Assembly (NCBI RefSeq): GCF_964355755.1
Contig: NC_092673.1
Location: forward strand, 12,496,948 to 12,560,947
From: Antedon mediterranea
Taxonomy: Eukaryota; Animalia; Echinodermata
Length of the DNA stretch: 64,000 bases
Direction of reading: 5' to 3'
Notes under the pieces: generated by a model
The model's input: the letters and a program-made list of their open reading frames with translations, nothing else
What the model was told of the DNA's origin: nothing
Database searches by the model: none
Translations under genes and position numbers: made by a program
In this document: one piece after another, positions 1-11,274 of the stretch
How positions within the stretch are numbered: the stretch's first letter is position 1
How the letters are laid out: every line of letters starts with the position of its first letter

Positions 1-18
1 ACCCCCCCCCCCCCCTTA

Positions 19-1088
19 ATGATCCACATTATGTGCTTGATTGTGGTGCCCTCTTGCAACGTTTATCATGGTCAAGAGGTCAAACATTTGACACTATTTG
101 TCATAAATATGTATCATGTGACAAGTCGGTATGGAATTCCAACTATTGTATTTGATGGTTATGAAGATGGACCTGCAATCAAAGATGCTACACACTGCAG
201 ACGTACAGGCAGTTCCAAGGGACCAAATTTTTTGTTTACAGGAGAGACTTTGCTAATTAAGAAGAAAAATGAATTTCTGACCAACAAAGTAAACAAGCAA
301 CGATTTCTTCATTTGCTGAGTTTACATCTTGAAAAGGCAGGTTATACAACAATTCATGCCAAAGGAGATGCAGATATCCTAATTGTCAAGACAGCAGTTG
401 AGTCAGCAAGGGAGTTCTTGTTGGTGACGATCTGATTTGCTAATCCTGCTTTGCTATTATGGAGATACAATTGAGAAGGACCTTTTTTATACCAGAAATA
501 AAGACCAACACCAAAAAGCACAAGGTATGGAACATACAGAAAACAGTGATGATCTTGGGGAATAAATTATGTTCCAGACTTTTCTTTGTGCATGCTTTAC
601 TTGGATGCGACACAACGTCGAGAGTATTTGGTATAGATCGGAAATGTAGCACTGAAGCAAGTCCAGAACAGTGTTGATTTCCAGCAATTTTCTGACCTGG
701 TTACAAAAGAGGTTCTGTGAGAAGGTGGCAAAGAGTAGCACATGTGTTGAACCACAGACATTGCCTTTGTAATCTGCAGCTACACAATACCATAGTCTGC
801 GAGTATATTTTCAGATACAAACATGGAAAGAAACTGCTGCACAAATGAAAGCAGAAGAATGGAGATGGAAGGTAACTAATGGACAACTGCTGCCACACAC
901 ATCTCCCGGCTGCACCTGAAAAGTTGATCAAGATAAATCAGATGTAACTGCAAAACTGGTTGCAGTACTAGCAGATGCACTTGTAAACTATATTCAATTA
1001 GTTGTACATGGATATGTGGGGTGTGCAAAGGTTCCAGTTGCACAAACTCTTCTTCAGTAGATATAGATGATCTCAGTGATAATGATTG
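19..1088 (+). pseudogene. Academ protein C-terminus: XPG/FEN1-like nuclease + Cys8/CXC zinc finger (frameshifted)
   Basis: ORFs 19-435 and 459-677, then WGW and Cys-cluster coding at ~860-1088; several frameshifts. Confidence 0.75.
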
Positions 1089-1726
1089 ATATGCTTTACA
1101 ACATTTGAAATTCCAGAATCATAAAGTGCTTTATTTATTCCCGATTATTTTTAAACAGGTAAAATCAAGAACAATATTACAGTTTAGATGATCCGAATTT
1201 GCCTAAATTATATGCAAATTTGATTTAAATTTTAAAATCAAGGTGGTTCTTTAGACATTGTTTTATTGAATCCAAATTTAAGATCCTCGTTGCGTGATTA
1301 CTGTATGAAGGAGCTAATTACAAATTATACATAATCCTATTAATGTTATTAATATGCATATTTTCATTTCGAAAATTCACTATTAAAACAAAAATACGAC
1401 ATTTGGAATGTTAATTTTGAATAATATGCAAATTTATTCTAATTTATTCCTAACGCGTGTTTAATCTTTTTATTGATCATGAAAATGTGAGTTTTACTGC
1501 TTAGTTTGATTGAATTGCAGCATTTTATGCACATTTATAAAGAAAATAGATTAATTCATCATGAAAAAAGGCTAATTTGCATATTATGCAAATTAGACAA
1601 ATTTCCCATGTTGGGATTTTGGGGGACTTTTAGTATAGTGTTTAGGGGACCATACTAAAATGTATTGTAGTAAAAAAAATTCTTTTGCAATTAGTGGTGG
1701 GTGAAGGTACTATTTTGACTGGACTA
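19..1726 (+). mobile_element. 3' portion of an Academ (AcademX-type) DNA transposon, degenerate
   Basis: Frameshifted ORFs give an XPG/PIN-like nuclease (FDGY, AKGDADILIV, HALLGCDTTS) followed by a Cys-rich finger (CNCKTGCSTSRCTC...CTWICGVCKGSSCTN). The element ends in ...tattttgactggacta (reverse complement TAGTCCAGTCAAAATA), a TAG-type terminus. The 5' part is outside the window. Confidence 0.75.
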
Positions 1727-2252
1727 TAATATGATGACGTCTTAAACAAATATGAATGATCGACATTCTCGTAAAAGAATGTTCAAAGCAAAGAATACCT
1801 CTATGAAGAATGTAATGATATTTAAAAGGAAGAATGAGCTTGATGTGTGTGTTCTTTGAATGTGACAATTAATTCTGGTTTTTTATTCATTCTGTCAACG
1901 TTATAATTTCACGGAGGGCAAATTTGTACATGCATTCATATCTATAATGGTTTGTTTAGGTGTTTTTCTTTGATGAAGTTGTTGAATGTAAATGAATAAG
2001 TACAGGAGTTGATGGTGAAGTTAAAAGTTGAGAATTTGTAACGTTTATAATATATGGGTAATGTAATGGGAGTCCAATACCTGTCAGTCCAAATGATAAC
2101 AGTGATTGTTGCTAGATTTCAATGTCAGGAAGTTTTATCTTGAGGTGAATTCCCATGGGTTATATTACAACATCTATTGCCTGTAGAAGTTTGATAGTGA
2201 TACACTGTAAACTGTAGGTATAAGTCATTTGTTGTGTGGATAGCTGTTAGAG

Positions 2253-4331
2253 ATGAGTATTCGAAAGATAGTGAAGTTTGTTGTGGCCGAAAAATTTAAT
2301 AAAAGAGTACTTTCGAGAGATGGTAGGAAGTTTATACAAGGAAAGGTGTTGGTGGAAGGGAGCCATGAAGTTGTTGCGTGCTACGAGAATAATGTAAATA
2401 GTTCAGTAGCAGAGAAATTGTTAGAGTTAGACGTTCGCCAGCCAGTTTTAATTACGGATGTGTCGGAAAAAATAAATGTTTCCATAAGGCTGTCTCACAA
2501 GTCGAAGGTAATTTTTATTGTAATTATGTTTATTTTAGTTGATAAATGATCATTATTTGTTTTATGTGTTGTTGAGGTTGGATGGAGTATACATATATAT
2601 TTAAAATGTTGTATTTTTGGTGTATTTAATATTCTAGGTACTAACCAATGTTGGCGCGTTTGAGGTCAACGAGGATGTTTTAAATGAATTTATACGCCCT
2701 AATGCAATCTCAGTGATGGAGGCTAAGGGGAGTCCTCGTAAGAGACGGTTTTCCTTAGAGGGAAATGTTTTAGAGGTAATTGAATTTATTATATTCTTGT
2801 AGATGTACGTTTGTGTATAATGTTTTTAAGCATAGGGCCTATCTACTTTAGATTTTGAGTTAGTTGTATGAGTATGTTATGATAAAGTGCTGAAAATGAA
2901 AAAGAGCGTTAAATGTGACAATACGTTTGCGACTTATTTTGTACGCGAATCGCATTGAAAAAGAAAATATAAGTTGGTGTTATTGTTACCTAAAAATTTG
3001 ATTTTTAATATGAAAAATGTGATATATGTTATGTGTGGTTGAAATGTTTGTATTAAATATAGTTTTATTTTATCATATGTAGGTAGGTGAACTGGTGGAA
3101 ACAACGACATACAAACGGAGGTGTTTGAAATTGGGCACCGAAGATTGTAACATCGATGTGATGTTGTGGGGTGAGGCTGCTTCAAATGTGCCAAGCAATC
3201 TAAAGTCACGTGATGTTTTCATATCTGCCGTGGAGGAAGTGGAGGAAGAGAACTTGAAATTGAAAAGTTCTTCTTCCACTGTTGTGGAGGTAAGTTTAAT
3301 ATTTTGAGGTAAAATAACTGAAAAAAATGTTTTTTTTTATATTGAAATGGAAGATGCTTTAGGGTACCGGTACGGGTTACAGTATTATATCTTATAAAGG
3401 TAGTGAAGTGAAATGATAAAAAGAAATGTCTATAAATTGGTTATTGAACTTGGTATTATTTTATTTGTAAAAAAATATTACACGCATCCAACAGTAAACA
3501 CATTATTATTATAATTATTCCTTGTACTTATAAACTGGTTTAAGGCTTCGGAAGTGGAATTAAAAGAGTATTGAGTTATTTGTACTAGGTCAGGATTTAA
3601 CCATAGACTTTGGAATTAGAAGGCAATTAGTAAAGCTCCAATATCATGCCGTAAGTTTGGTTTTATTAGCAAATTTCTTTAAATTTAGGATAAATATGTA
3701 TCTAATTTTTATTTTAGAGTGATAGCCTTGGAGTCATGGAAGACACTGTGATAGCTATAGGTGATCAAGATGAAGGGTATGTAGCTTATAACTGAATTGT
3801 AGTATATTTAAAGTGTTTTATATTTATAATACTGTATTGTAATATTAATGGAAATACTTACTGATGTAATTAGTGAAATTATTACCTAAGTAGTGTATAG
3901 TTCTGAATCGGAAATGTAAGTGTAGACGAATTCCACGTATTTAAACGCTAGGATATTGGTTGAAAAGTGGATAAAAATAATTGTATAGTATAATGTTATA
4001 CGAAGTTACTGTTATGTTTAAATTGAGAGCGTTATCAGCGGAAAAGAACTGGCCTTAATTGCTTTTAAAAACTGCCAAAGATGTAGGTTGTTGTAATTAA
4101 ATATATATTGTGTAAATGTTGTCACTGAATCGGTTGAATATTTTGGTTTTAAAGTAAGTTTTTACTTCTTTCAAATATAGGTTTCCTGTAGATATTGTTA
4201 TGCAGGGTGGCGAAGTTTATCACGTACCCGAAAACATTGATTTTGATGGTCGTATGGAGCTTCCATTTTCAGTAAAGTACACGAGTAATTCCGAGGGAAT
4301 TATTACATCAATAGAAGTAGTGAGTGAGTGA
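2253..4331 (+). CDS. Five-exon OB-fold (RPA/SSB-like) ssDNA-binding protein, ~269 aa; exons 2253-2507, 2638-2775, 3083-3289, 3718-3776, 4181-4331
   Basis: All four introns are GT-AG with compatible phases (0,0,0,2) and there are no internal stops. SLEGNVLEVGELVETTTYKRRCLKLGTEDCNIDVMLWGEAA...LKLKSSSSTVVE resembles an RPA-type OB fold (V-x-LWGE-x-A). Confidence 0.7.
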
Positions 4332-4375
4332 TTTTTATAGTTTTTGGTGTTTTTTTGCATGTTTTTTTTAAAGTA

Positions 4376-5260
4376 AACCATCCAAAAGTTTGGATATTTT
4401 ATAAATAATAATTGTAATAAGGGTATTTTACAGTTAAAGAAAACTTTAATCTGATTTCTTAACTACCGGTATCCAAAAATGTGATTATTGTTTAAATCAT
4501 AATTGTTAATAGGTGTATTTAACTTTTATACAAAACTTTAATTTAAGTTCTAAACCATCCAAAAGTGTGAATATTGTATATAAATCATAATTGTAATAAG
4601 GGTACTTTACAGTTAAACAAAACTTTAATCTGATTTCTTAACTATCCAAAAATGTAAATATTGTATAAATCATAATTGTTAATAAGGGTATTTTACACAA
4701 AACTTTAACATAAGTTCTAAACCATCCAAATGTGTGAAAAAATCGTAATCGTTAATAAGTGTATTTTACAGTTAAACAAAACTTTAACTTGAGTTCTTAA
4801 CCATCCAAAAATGTGGTTATTGTATAAATCATAATTGTTAATAAGTGTATTTAATATTTATACAAAACTTTAACATAAGTTCTAAACCATCCAAAAATGT
4901 AAATATTGTATAAATCATAATTGTAATAGGGTATTTTACAGTTAAACAAAACTTTAATCTGATTTCTTAACCATACAAAAATGTGAACATTGTATAAATC
5001 ATAATTCTTAATAAGTGTAATTTACATGTAAATAAAACTTTAACATCAGTTCTAAACCATCCAAATGTGTGAAAAAATCATAATTGTAATAAGAGTATTT
5101 TACAGTTAAACAAAACTTTAATCTGATTTCTTAACTATCCAAAATGTGAACATTGTATAAATCATAATAAGGGTAATTTACATGTAGGCCTAAACAAAAC
5201 TTTAACATTAGTTCTAAACCATCCAAAAATGTGAATATTGTATAAATCATAATTGTTAAT
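4376..5260. repeat. Tandem satellite, ~80-89 bp unit, ~11 copies, with alternating subtypes
   Basis: Recurring ccatccaaaa(a)tgtgaatattgtataaatcataattgt(t)aataag...aaaactttaa, roughly every 84 bp. Confidence 0.9.
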
Positions 5261-5317
5261 AACAATTATGATTTATACAATATTCACATGTTTGGATGGT
5301 TTAGAACTGATGTTAAA
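5201..5317. repeat. Fold-back palindrome, ~58-bp arms, ending the satellite
   Basis: tttaacattagttctaaaccatcc...aattgtta-a-taacaatt...ggatggtttagaactgatgttaaa; 1-nt loop, about 2 mismatches. Confidence 0.9.
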
Positions 5318-5704
5318 AGATGTGAATAGTTTATAGTGAATATAATAGTGTATAATCATTGTGAATAATTTATAGCATTTTTACGGTTTTTTGAATTTAA
5401 TACGTTTTTATTTAAAAAATAAGTTAAATTCGCAAATGAAAATTTTTGTTTACACTTAGTAGTTATAGTGGTACTGTGTATTGAATAAAAGTATACTGTC
5501 GTTGAATGGATGATATTTCATTTGTTATTTTTGTTGTTTAATATACTAGCCAACTTGTCAATACCATTAAGAAATCTTACCAGGAATTGGTACTTTTTTG
5601 TTTTTCGTTTGTGATAATCAGTGGGTGCTGGCAATGCTGACAAGGAGAGAAAGCAAAGGTGTTATCAGAATTGTTTACGTAATGTAATGTCGCCCTCTGT
5701 TGAT

Positions 5705-6139
5705 AGTGTTTCTAAAGCTAAGACCATACAGAAAAAAACCGCGCGAGCAAAAGCCAAGGAAGACTTTACGAAATGGTAGTGTGCACAAAATACAACTCAA
5801 AATCGTACAAATTCAATGATATACACCGTAGACTACATTTACTTACAAAATCTATAAACACATTTCGTTTTTAGTCTTTAGATTTTCAACAAAAAAGCAT
5901 GTTAAAAAAAGCATGTTTTACTTAACTTTGCGTTTTTGTCATTTAAAATCGATGAGATCAAAAATCGAAAGACCAAAATTAACACATTTTTATAGATTGT
6001 GTAAGTAAATGCGATGTTATCATTGATTGTACGATTTTGTGCACACTATCATTTCGTAGGGTCTTAGGCTTGGCTTTTGCGCACGCGGTCTTCTCTCTGT
6101 CATGGTTTTAGCTCGGTCTTCTTAGTTCTAGAAACGCCC
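5705..6139. mobile_element. Non-autonomous fold-back element (MITE) with long imperfect inverted repeats
   Basis: Left gtttctaaagctaagaccat...gcaaaagccaag...tacgaaatggtagtgtgcacaaaat mirrors right attttgtgcacactatcatttcgta...cttggcttttgc...tctagaaac. Confidence 0.6.
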
Positions 6140-6193
6140 ATCAGTATTAGAAATTCATATTATACAAATACCGTAAAATCTCGAAAAGAATCC

Positions 6194-6245
6194 CAGTGGC
6201 GGATCTAGCGGGGGGCGTGTGGGGCGTACGCCCCCCCCCCCCCTA
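6194..6245. mobile_element. Unpaired hAT-type MITE terminus
   Basis: cagtggcggatctag + G/C-rich hairpin; same TIR as the complete MITE at 55448-56566. No partner end seen nearby. Confidence 0.55.
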
Positions 6246-7025
6246 TTTTTTAAAGATTTTTTTTTTTTTTTTAAATTAAATAGATTTTAAAAACACGTAT
6301 CATTTTCATAGTGAAAATAGTACGTCGGAGCACATCGTCAGCTTGATCGCATTTCACCAAGCATGTACGTCGACATCCTTTGTGTACTATCAATCTCTAG
6401 CGTAGTTACCAACGATCATTCACAGTTAAGTGTAAAACTAAAAGGAGCAAGTTGATAAAAGCCACGTGGTGAGCTTGGTTGCGTTTTACTAAGCAGGTCG
6501 GCATCCTTTGTGATCGTCACTCCCGTATTGTAGAGTAGCGGTACGTACCTCCGACGATCAATAGAGTTTATGAAGTCACATGGTCAGTGCTACACTACGC
6601 GCCCATTTATTAAATACAATAAAAACAAAGGCTAGGACTGTAGTGCCTATGAAAATTATCCCGTTAGGCCTATATTTTATTAAAACATACTATTAAAATA
6701 TTAACAATGCTGCATGCAGAATTTCATGACCCTTGTAGTGTTTTATTTGCTTTTCCGTCGATGATTCTCATAAACAAATCGCGATGACAAAAGGGGTGTT
6801 TTGTTTTTTTCAAATCACTAAATATAATGTAATGATGATCGAGCCGGACCGCTAATTTTTAAACGATCGTTTAAACCAGGTCGTTGAATATGCCGTGATT
6901 TTAATTGTCAAAAACATGATCGTCAGTCGATGGCTCGGAGTTTCGATAAATCTCGCGTCGCATGTGTTGCGTGGTGGTGGAAAACACTCTCAGCAAGTTT
7001 GCTTCATTAATATGCATGAGACTCT

Positions 7026-7952
7026 CGCCCGTATTCTTAAACCGGACTTTAGTCGTAGTTCGAAGTTCGACTTGGAAAAGTCGTAGTTCGAGCTATTACT
7101 TCAAATTCGATTAAAAAACGAAGTAGTCGAAGTTTGCAGTTCAACTTAATGAAGTCGAGCTTTTAGTCGAGTTGCACACGTCTGGGTAACAAAGGCTATA
7201 CATTGGCCAATGACAAGAGAGTATTTGAGGAGCAGACGAAATTTTGCGCATTGATATCACTTTCCATTTCTTACAACACTTTTTACGCATCAGGACTATA
7301 TACATGAAAAATAATTTTAATCGTTAATTATTAGAACAATATCAGTAATAATTTAACAGTGAAGTATATTTGATTAACAACAAATAAAATCTTTAAAATA
7401 TATTTAGGAACCATGGCGGTACGGTAACTTTTATATTTTCTAGGCCCCCAACAAAGTATGATCGCCACGAACCACGCACTTCATAGCGTGACAAGAAAGC
7501 GCTAGGCCCCCTAAACATTCCATCGCGTGGTGAATTGCCGCATCTCCCATTGTCGCTATGGCGTGACGTAGCTCAAGTCGGACTTGCGCGAAGAAAATAA
7601 TGTAATTTGTATACAGTTGTAAATAAAGATGATTTTCATTATTATAATTTATACCAATGTATATTTAATTAAGCTAATATAAATATAGATATTTCATTCT
7701 TCAATATCTGGCCAATATAACAACTCAATGACTGTTACGTTTTTTATAAACATCGTTTAAAAACCATTTAGTCGACCATTTAGTCTGCCCTCTCCAGGAC
7801 TAAAAAAATCGATCAAAATCCGTCTCGATTTAGTCGAGGTTGGCCTGATTTAGTCGGTGATTTAGTTGAAGTTCGGTTTATGAATTAAAATGACGTCATT
7901 TTTTTAGTTTTAGCTCGAACTACGACTAAAGTCCGGTTTAAGAATACGGGCG
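7026..7952. mobile_element. MITE, probably PIF/Harbinger type
   Basis: ~38-bp TIR cgcccgtattcttaaaccggactttagtcgtagttcga at both ends; 3-bp flanking repeat tct/tct. Confidence 0.75.
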
Positions 7953-8204
7953 TCTGTGACGACCCGCTTTAACGTGACGTCATTTTACTTTAGCTGCATG
8001 GATGATGGATGCGAAGAAGTAGTCACCGCAATCGACCCGGCGCGCGTGTAAGAAAATAATACCGGCCTAGGCTAGGACAAGTTTATGCTTATATAAAAGC
8101 TGAAAAACATCGTCGCGTTGTAAAAATTTAGATGTAAAGTACAGGCAAGTTGTTATCTTGCTTTGGTACCCTAGGTAAGTGTCAGCTGCATGTTCCACAT
8201 GTCG

Positions 8205-8522
8205 TAATAAACCTGGTAAAACAGAAATCTTATTTCTTCATTCAAAACACTTTGCAAGAAATTGGCCATTGCTAGAAACATCAATCACATCATCGTTGGA
8301 GGTTAGATATATCGGAGTTGTATTTGACTCAGCAACGATTATGTCCAGACATATCAACAACATTAGTAAATCTGATACCTACCACCTTCGTAACATAAGA
8401 TCAATTCGCAAACACACTCCTCGCTTATTAAACTTGTCCATGCACTAATAACATCACGGTTAGACTACTGCAATGCCATTTTGTTTGGTCTACCAAATAA
8501 AGAACTTAATAAACTACAACTA
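8205..8522 (+). pseudogene. L2/CR1-group LINE fragment (post-RT region of ORF2)
   Basis: KTEILFL...VRYIGVVFDS...HINNISK...[11 protein letters not shown], then in a shifted frame [21 protein letters not shown]. Confidence 0.8.
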
Positions 8523-8990
8523 ATTCTTTTCTTTTTTATACCAAATATTTCATTAAAACACTAGAATTATTTCACCTAAAATAAACTTACATTAATTTAT
8601 ACTCATTTTTGTCTAAATTTAATAAAATATGCATATTTTCCAAAAATAACATCACATAATTAAATACAAGTTGGGTAGCAATGGGTAGCATATTGTATAT
8701 GCTTTCATTTGATACCATACAGTGTGTCCATTGACATTTTAAATATTTAACCCGAAAATGTGTTTTTTGGTCAAAGGTCAGTAAAAGCATTTCCGGTCAT
8801 TTTTTTGGGTAAAAGTTGTGTTAGACCGAATATAAATATGTATATTCTGAACAATTTGACACCAAAAGCAAATCTGTATGACAAGTGGTTGTCGAGATAT
8901 AAGAACCACACATTTCTAACCCTTGACCCCGATTTTGGGCATTTTCGCCCCAGATAACAAATTTGACGTCAAACTAGTTTATTAAATTAT

Positions 8991-10124
8991 TTGTGGATTG
9001 CAGTCAATGCCAGAGTGATGTTGATAAAAAATGTAGATGTTAAAAAAGGCTTAACAAATGGATGTATGGGGCATGTTGAAGAAATAATTAAGGCCAGTCA
9101 AAGCCCTAAACCAGTATCTATTAAAGTGAAATTTGACAATAATGAAATTGGTATTCAGGCAATTGAAATGTTTCAGGAATCTGTTGGAAATAAATACAGT
9201 CGAAAGCAATTTCCTCTCAAATTAGCATATGCATGCACAGTTCATAAAGTGCAAGGGATGACAATGGATAAAGTATCAGTCTGCCTTAAAAATACTTTTG
9301 CGCCTGGACAAGCATATGTAAGTCTCAGTCGTGTTACATCAATTTCTGGACTTACCATTGAACATTTTAATCCAAAGCTGATTTATTGTGATCCAAACAT
9401 ACAGAAATGCTTAAATAAAATGAATTCATATATACAATATGATGAACAAAGTCATGATTTGGATTCTAATTTTTCCATAATGTTACATAACATTCAAGGA
9501 CTTAAACAACACTTTGTTGATCTTCAATGTAATGATTTGTTTATGAATTCTAGTATCATATGTCTAACTGAAACATGGTTGAATAAGGATGACGATTTTT
9601 TTGGCGTAGATATACAGCCGTATAAATTGTATCATCAATCAAGGTATGACTCGTATTCTAATACAAATTCTCTGACTTCAAAATTAAAAAAATTGGCTCA
9701 TGGTGGCGTTGGTGTGTATTCGAAGAACATGTTTTCAAGTAGATTAAACATATGTATCAATGATATAGAGGCAATTTCATTTTTAATAACAAGTCCAGTT
9801 TCAGTTGTCGTGTCAGTAATTTATCGACCTCCAAGTTATGATATGAAACAATTCTGTAAGCATTTGAGCAAATTATTGGAAGAGATACATAAAGTATGTA
9901 CTAAATGTATCATAATGGGTGATTTCAATGAAAATCTTTTCAAACAACCTTCCAAAGTGAATACATTAATGTTAGAGAATGGGTACCAACAACATGTCAC
10001 AAATTCTACAACAGAAAATAATACATTGATTGATCATGTATATAGCAAAGGTCTAGATTCAGTACAGGCTGAAGTAATTCCAATTTATTATAGCTATCAT
10101 GAAGCTATTCAAATTAAATTTTAA
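8991..10124 (+). CDS. Helentron (Helitron2) protein C-terminus: PIF1-family helicase + AP-endonuclease (EEP); 5'-truncated
   Basis: RVMLIKNVDVKKGLTNG, QFPLKLAYACTVHKVQGMT and GQAYVSLSRV (PIF1 motifs) fused to HNIQGL, CLTETWL, IYRPP, MGDFN, LIDHVY, SYHEAI (EEP motifs). Confidence 0.9.
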   Translation: MWIAVNARVMLIKNVDVKKGLTNGCMGHVEEIIKASQSPKPVSIKVKFDNNEIGIQAIEMFQESVGNKYSRKQFPLKLAYACTVHKVQGMTMDKVSVCLKNTFAPGQAYVSLSRVTSISGLTIEHFNPKLIYCDPNIQKCLNKMNSYIQYDEQSHDLDSNFSIMLHNIQGLKQHFVDLQCNDLFMNSSIICLTETWLNKDDDFFGVDIQPYKLYHQSRYDSYSNTNSLTSKLKKLAHGGVGVYSKNMFSSRLNICINDIEAISFLITSPVSVVVSVIYRPPSYDMKQFCKHLSKLLEEIHKVCTKCIIMGDFNENLFKQPSKVNTLMLENGYQQHVTNSTTENNTLIDHVYSKGLDSVQAEVIPIYYSYHEAIQIKF

Positions 10125-11274
10125 TTGCAATATTCTAAATTACTCCGATTATGTTTATTATTTGGAAATTGAGAAATTGTTGTTTTAAGAATATTATTAA
10201 ACGAAAAAGAAAAACAGAGTCAAAATGGAATATATATTGTTTTGTCACTATGTGCAATGGTTAAGAAAAAAATCAAAAGATATTAATATATACTTAATTT
10301 ACACGAAAGCGAAAGTAAAAGAATGCAAGAACTTGACTGAAATACAACTGGATAATAATCAACTTGAAAAGGGGAATAAAAGATATAAATAAAATCATTA
10401 TGTCTCTCTGTGAATGAGAGACAGGGAATATCCCATGTCATTGTTTCGTATGAGAGAAATAATATTAGGTGAGTAAATATTATTATTCTATTATCTCTTA
10501 TCTCTATATAGTATTATAGTATGAACATAGTTTTGCATGTTGAATATGATTTAGAGATATATGGAATGTCACCGATATAAAATTACTGTTTTAACTAGTT
10601 AATTGCAGACATTCACAGAAGATTATTAATAATTTCATTATACCCATTTCAATTGTTTCTTTCTTTATTAGGTGCCCAATTGGAAGTTGTTATCTCTTCA
10701 AGCGAATATGGTATCCGACATTTAAGGCACCTATTAATGCATTCGCTCTTTCTTTACATTTGTTTAAACGCTGCAGCAACGCATTCTGTATAAATTGATA
10801 TTATGATTAATAGGCCAATTGTAATATAGTTGATTAGAGATCAACTGTCTGATCATTTTAGGCCTAGATTTAGAATCGTGTATTGATGTATAATGATTTA
10901 CCAACTAAGCTAAAAGTACTGATCACAATGTATTTAAAAAGTATAAATATATAAACTACTATAATATTGACAACTCTTTTTCAGTTTTTTAAATATATAA
11001 ACTACTATAATATTGACAACTCTTTTTCAGTTTTTATGGGCTGCTTTATACAAGCTTCGCATTTTTGCACTTATATTAATCGTATTTACTGTTGATTTTT
11101 ATTTACTATGACATTATAAGAGAAATAAATGTTACATTGATGAATTAAATATGTTTACAGTGCTAAATTGTACCTATTTTGTATCATACAGCATATTACA
11201 GTATTTACAGAATACTCGTAATTTGATCTCTGCTACACTGTATAAAACACATTATGTTATACAGTGTAACATAG

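Noticed and set aside
1740-2160. Divergent minus-strand ORF upstream of the OB-fold gene (possible Rep/Hel start)
   Set aside because: Interrupted by stops and has no recognisable motif.
10946-11035. ~45-bp direct duplication
   Set aside because: Simple local tandem duplication with no further structure.
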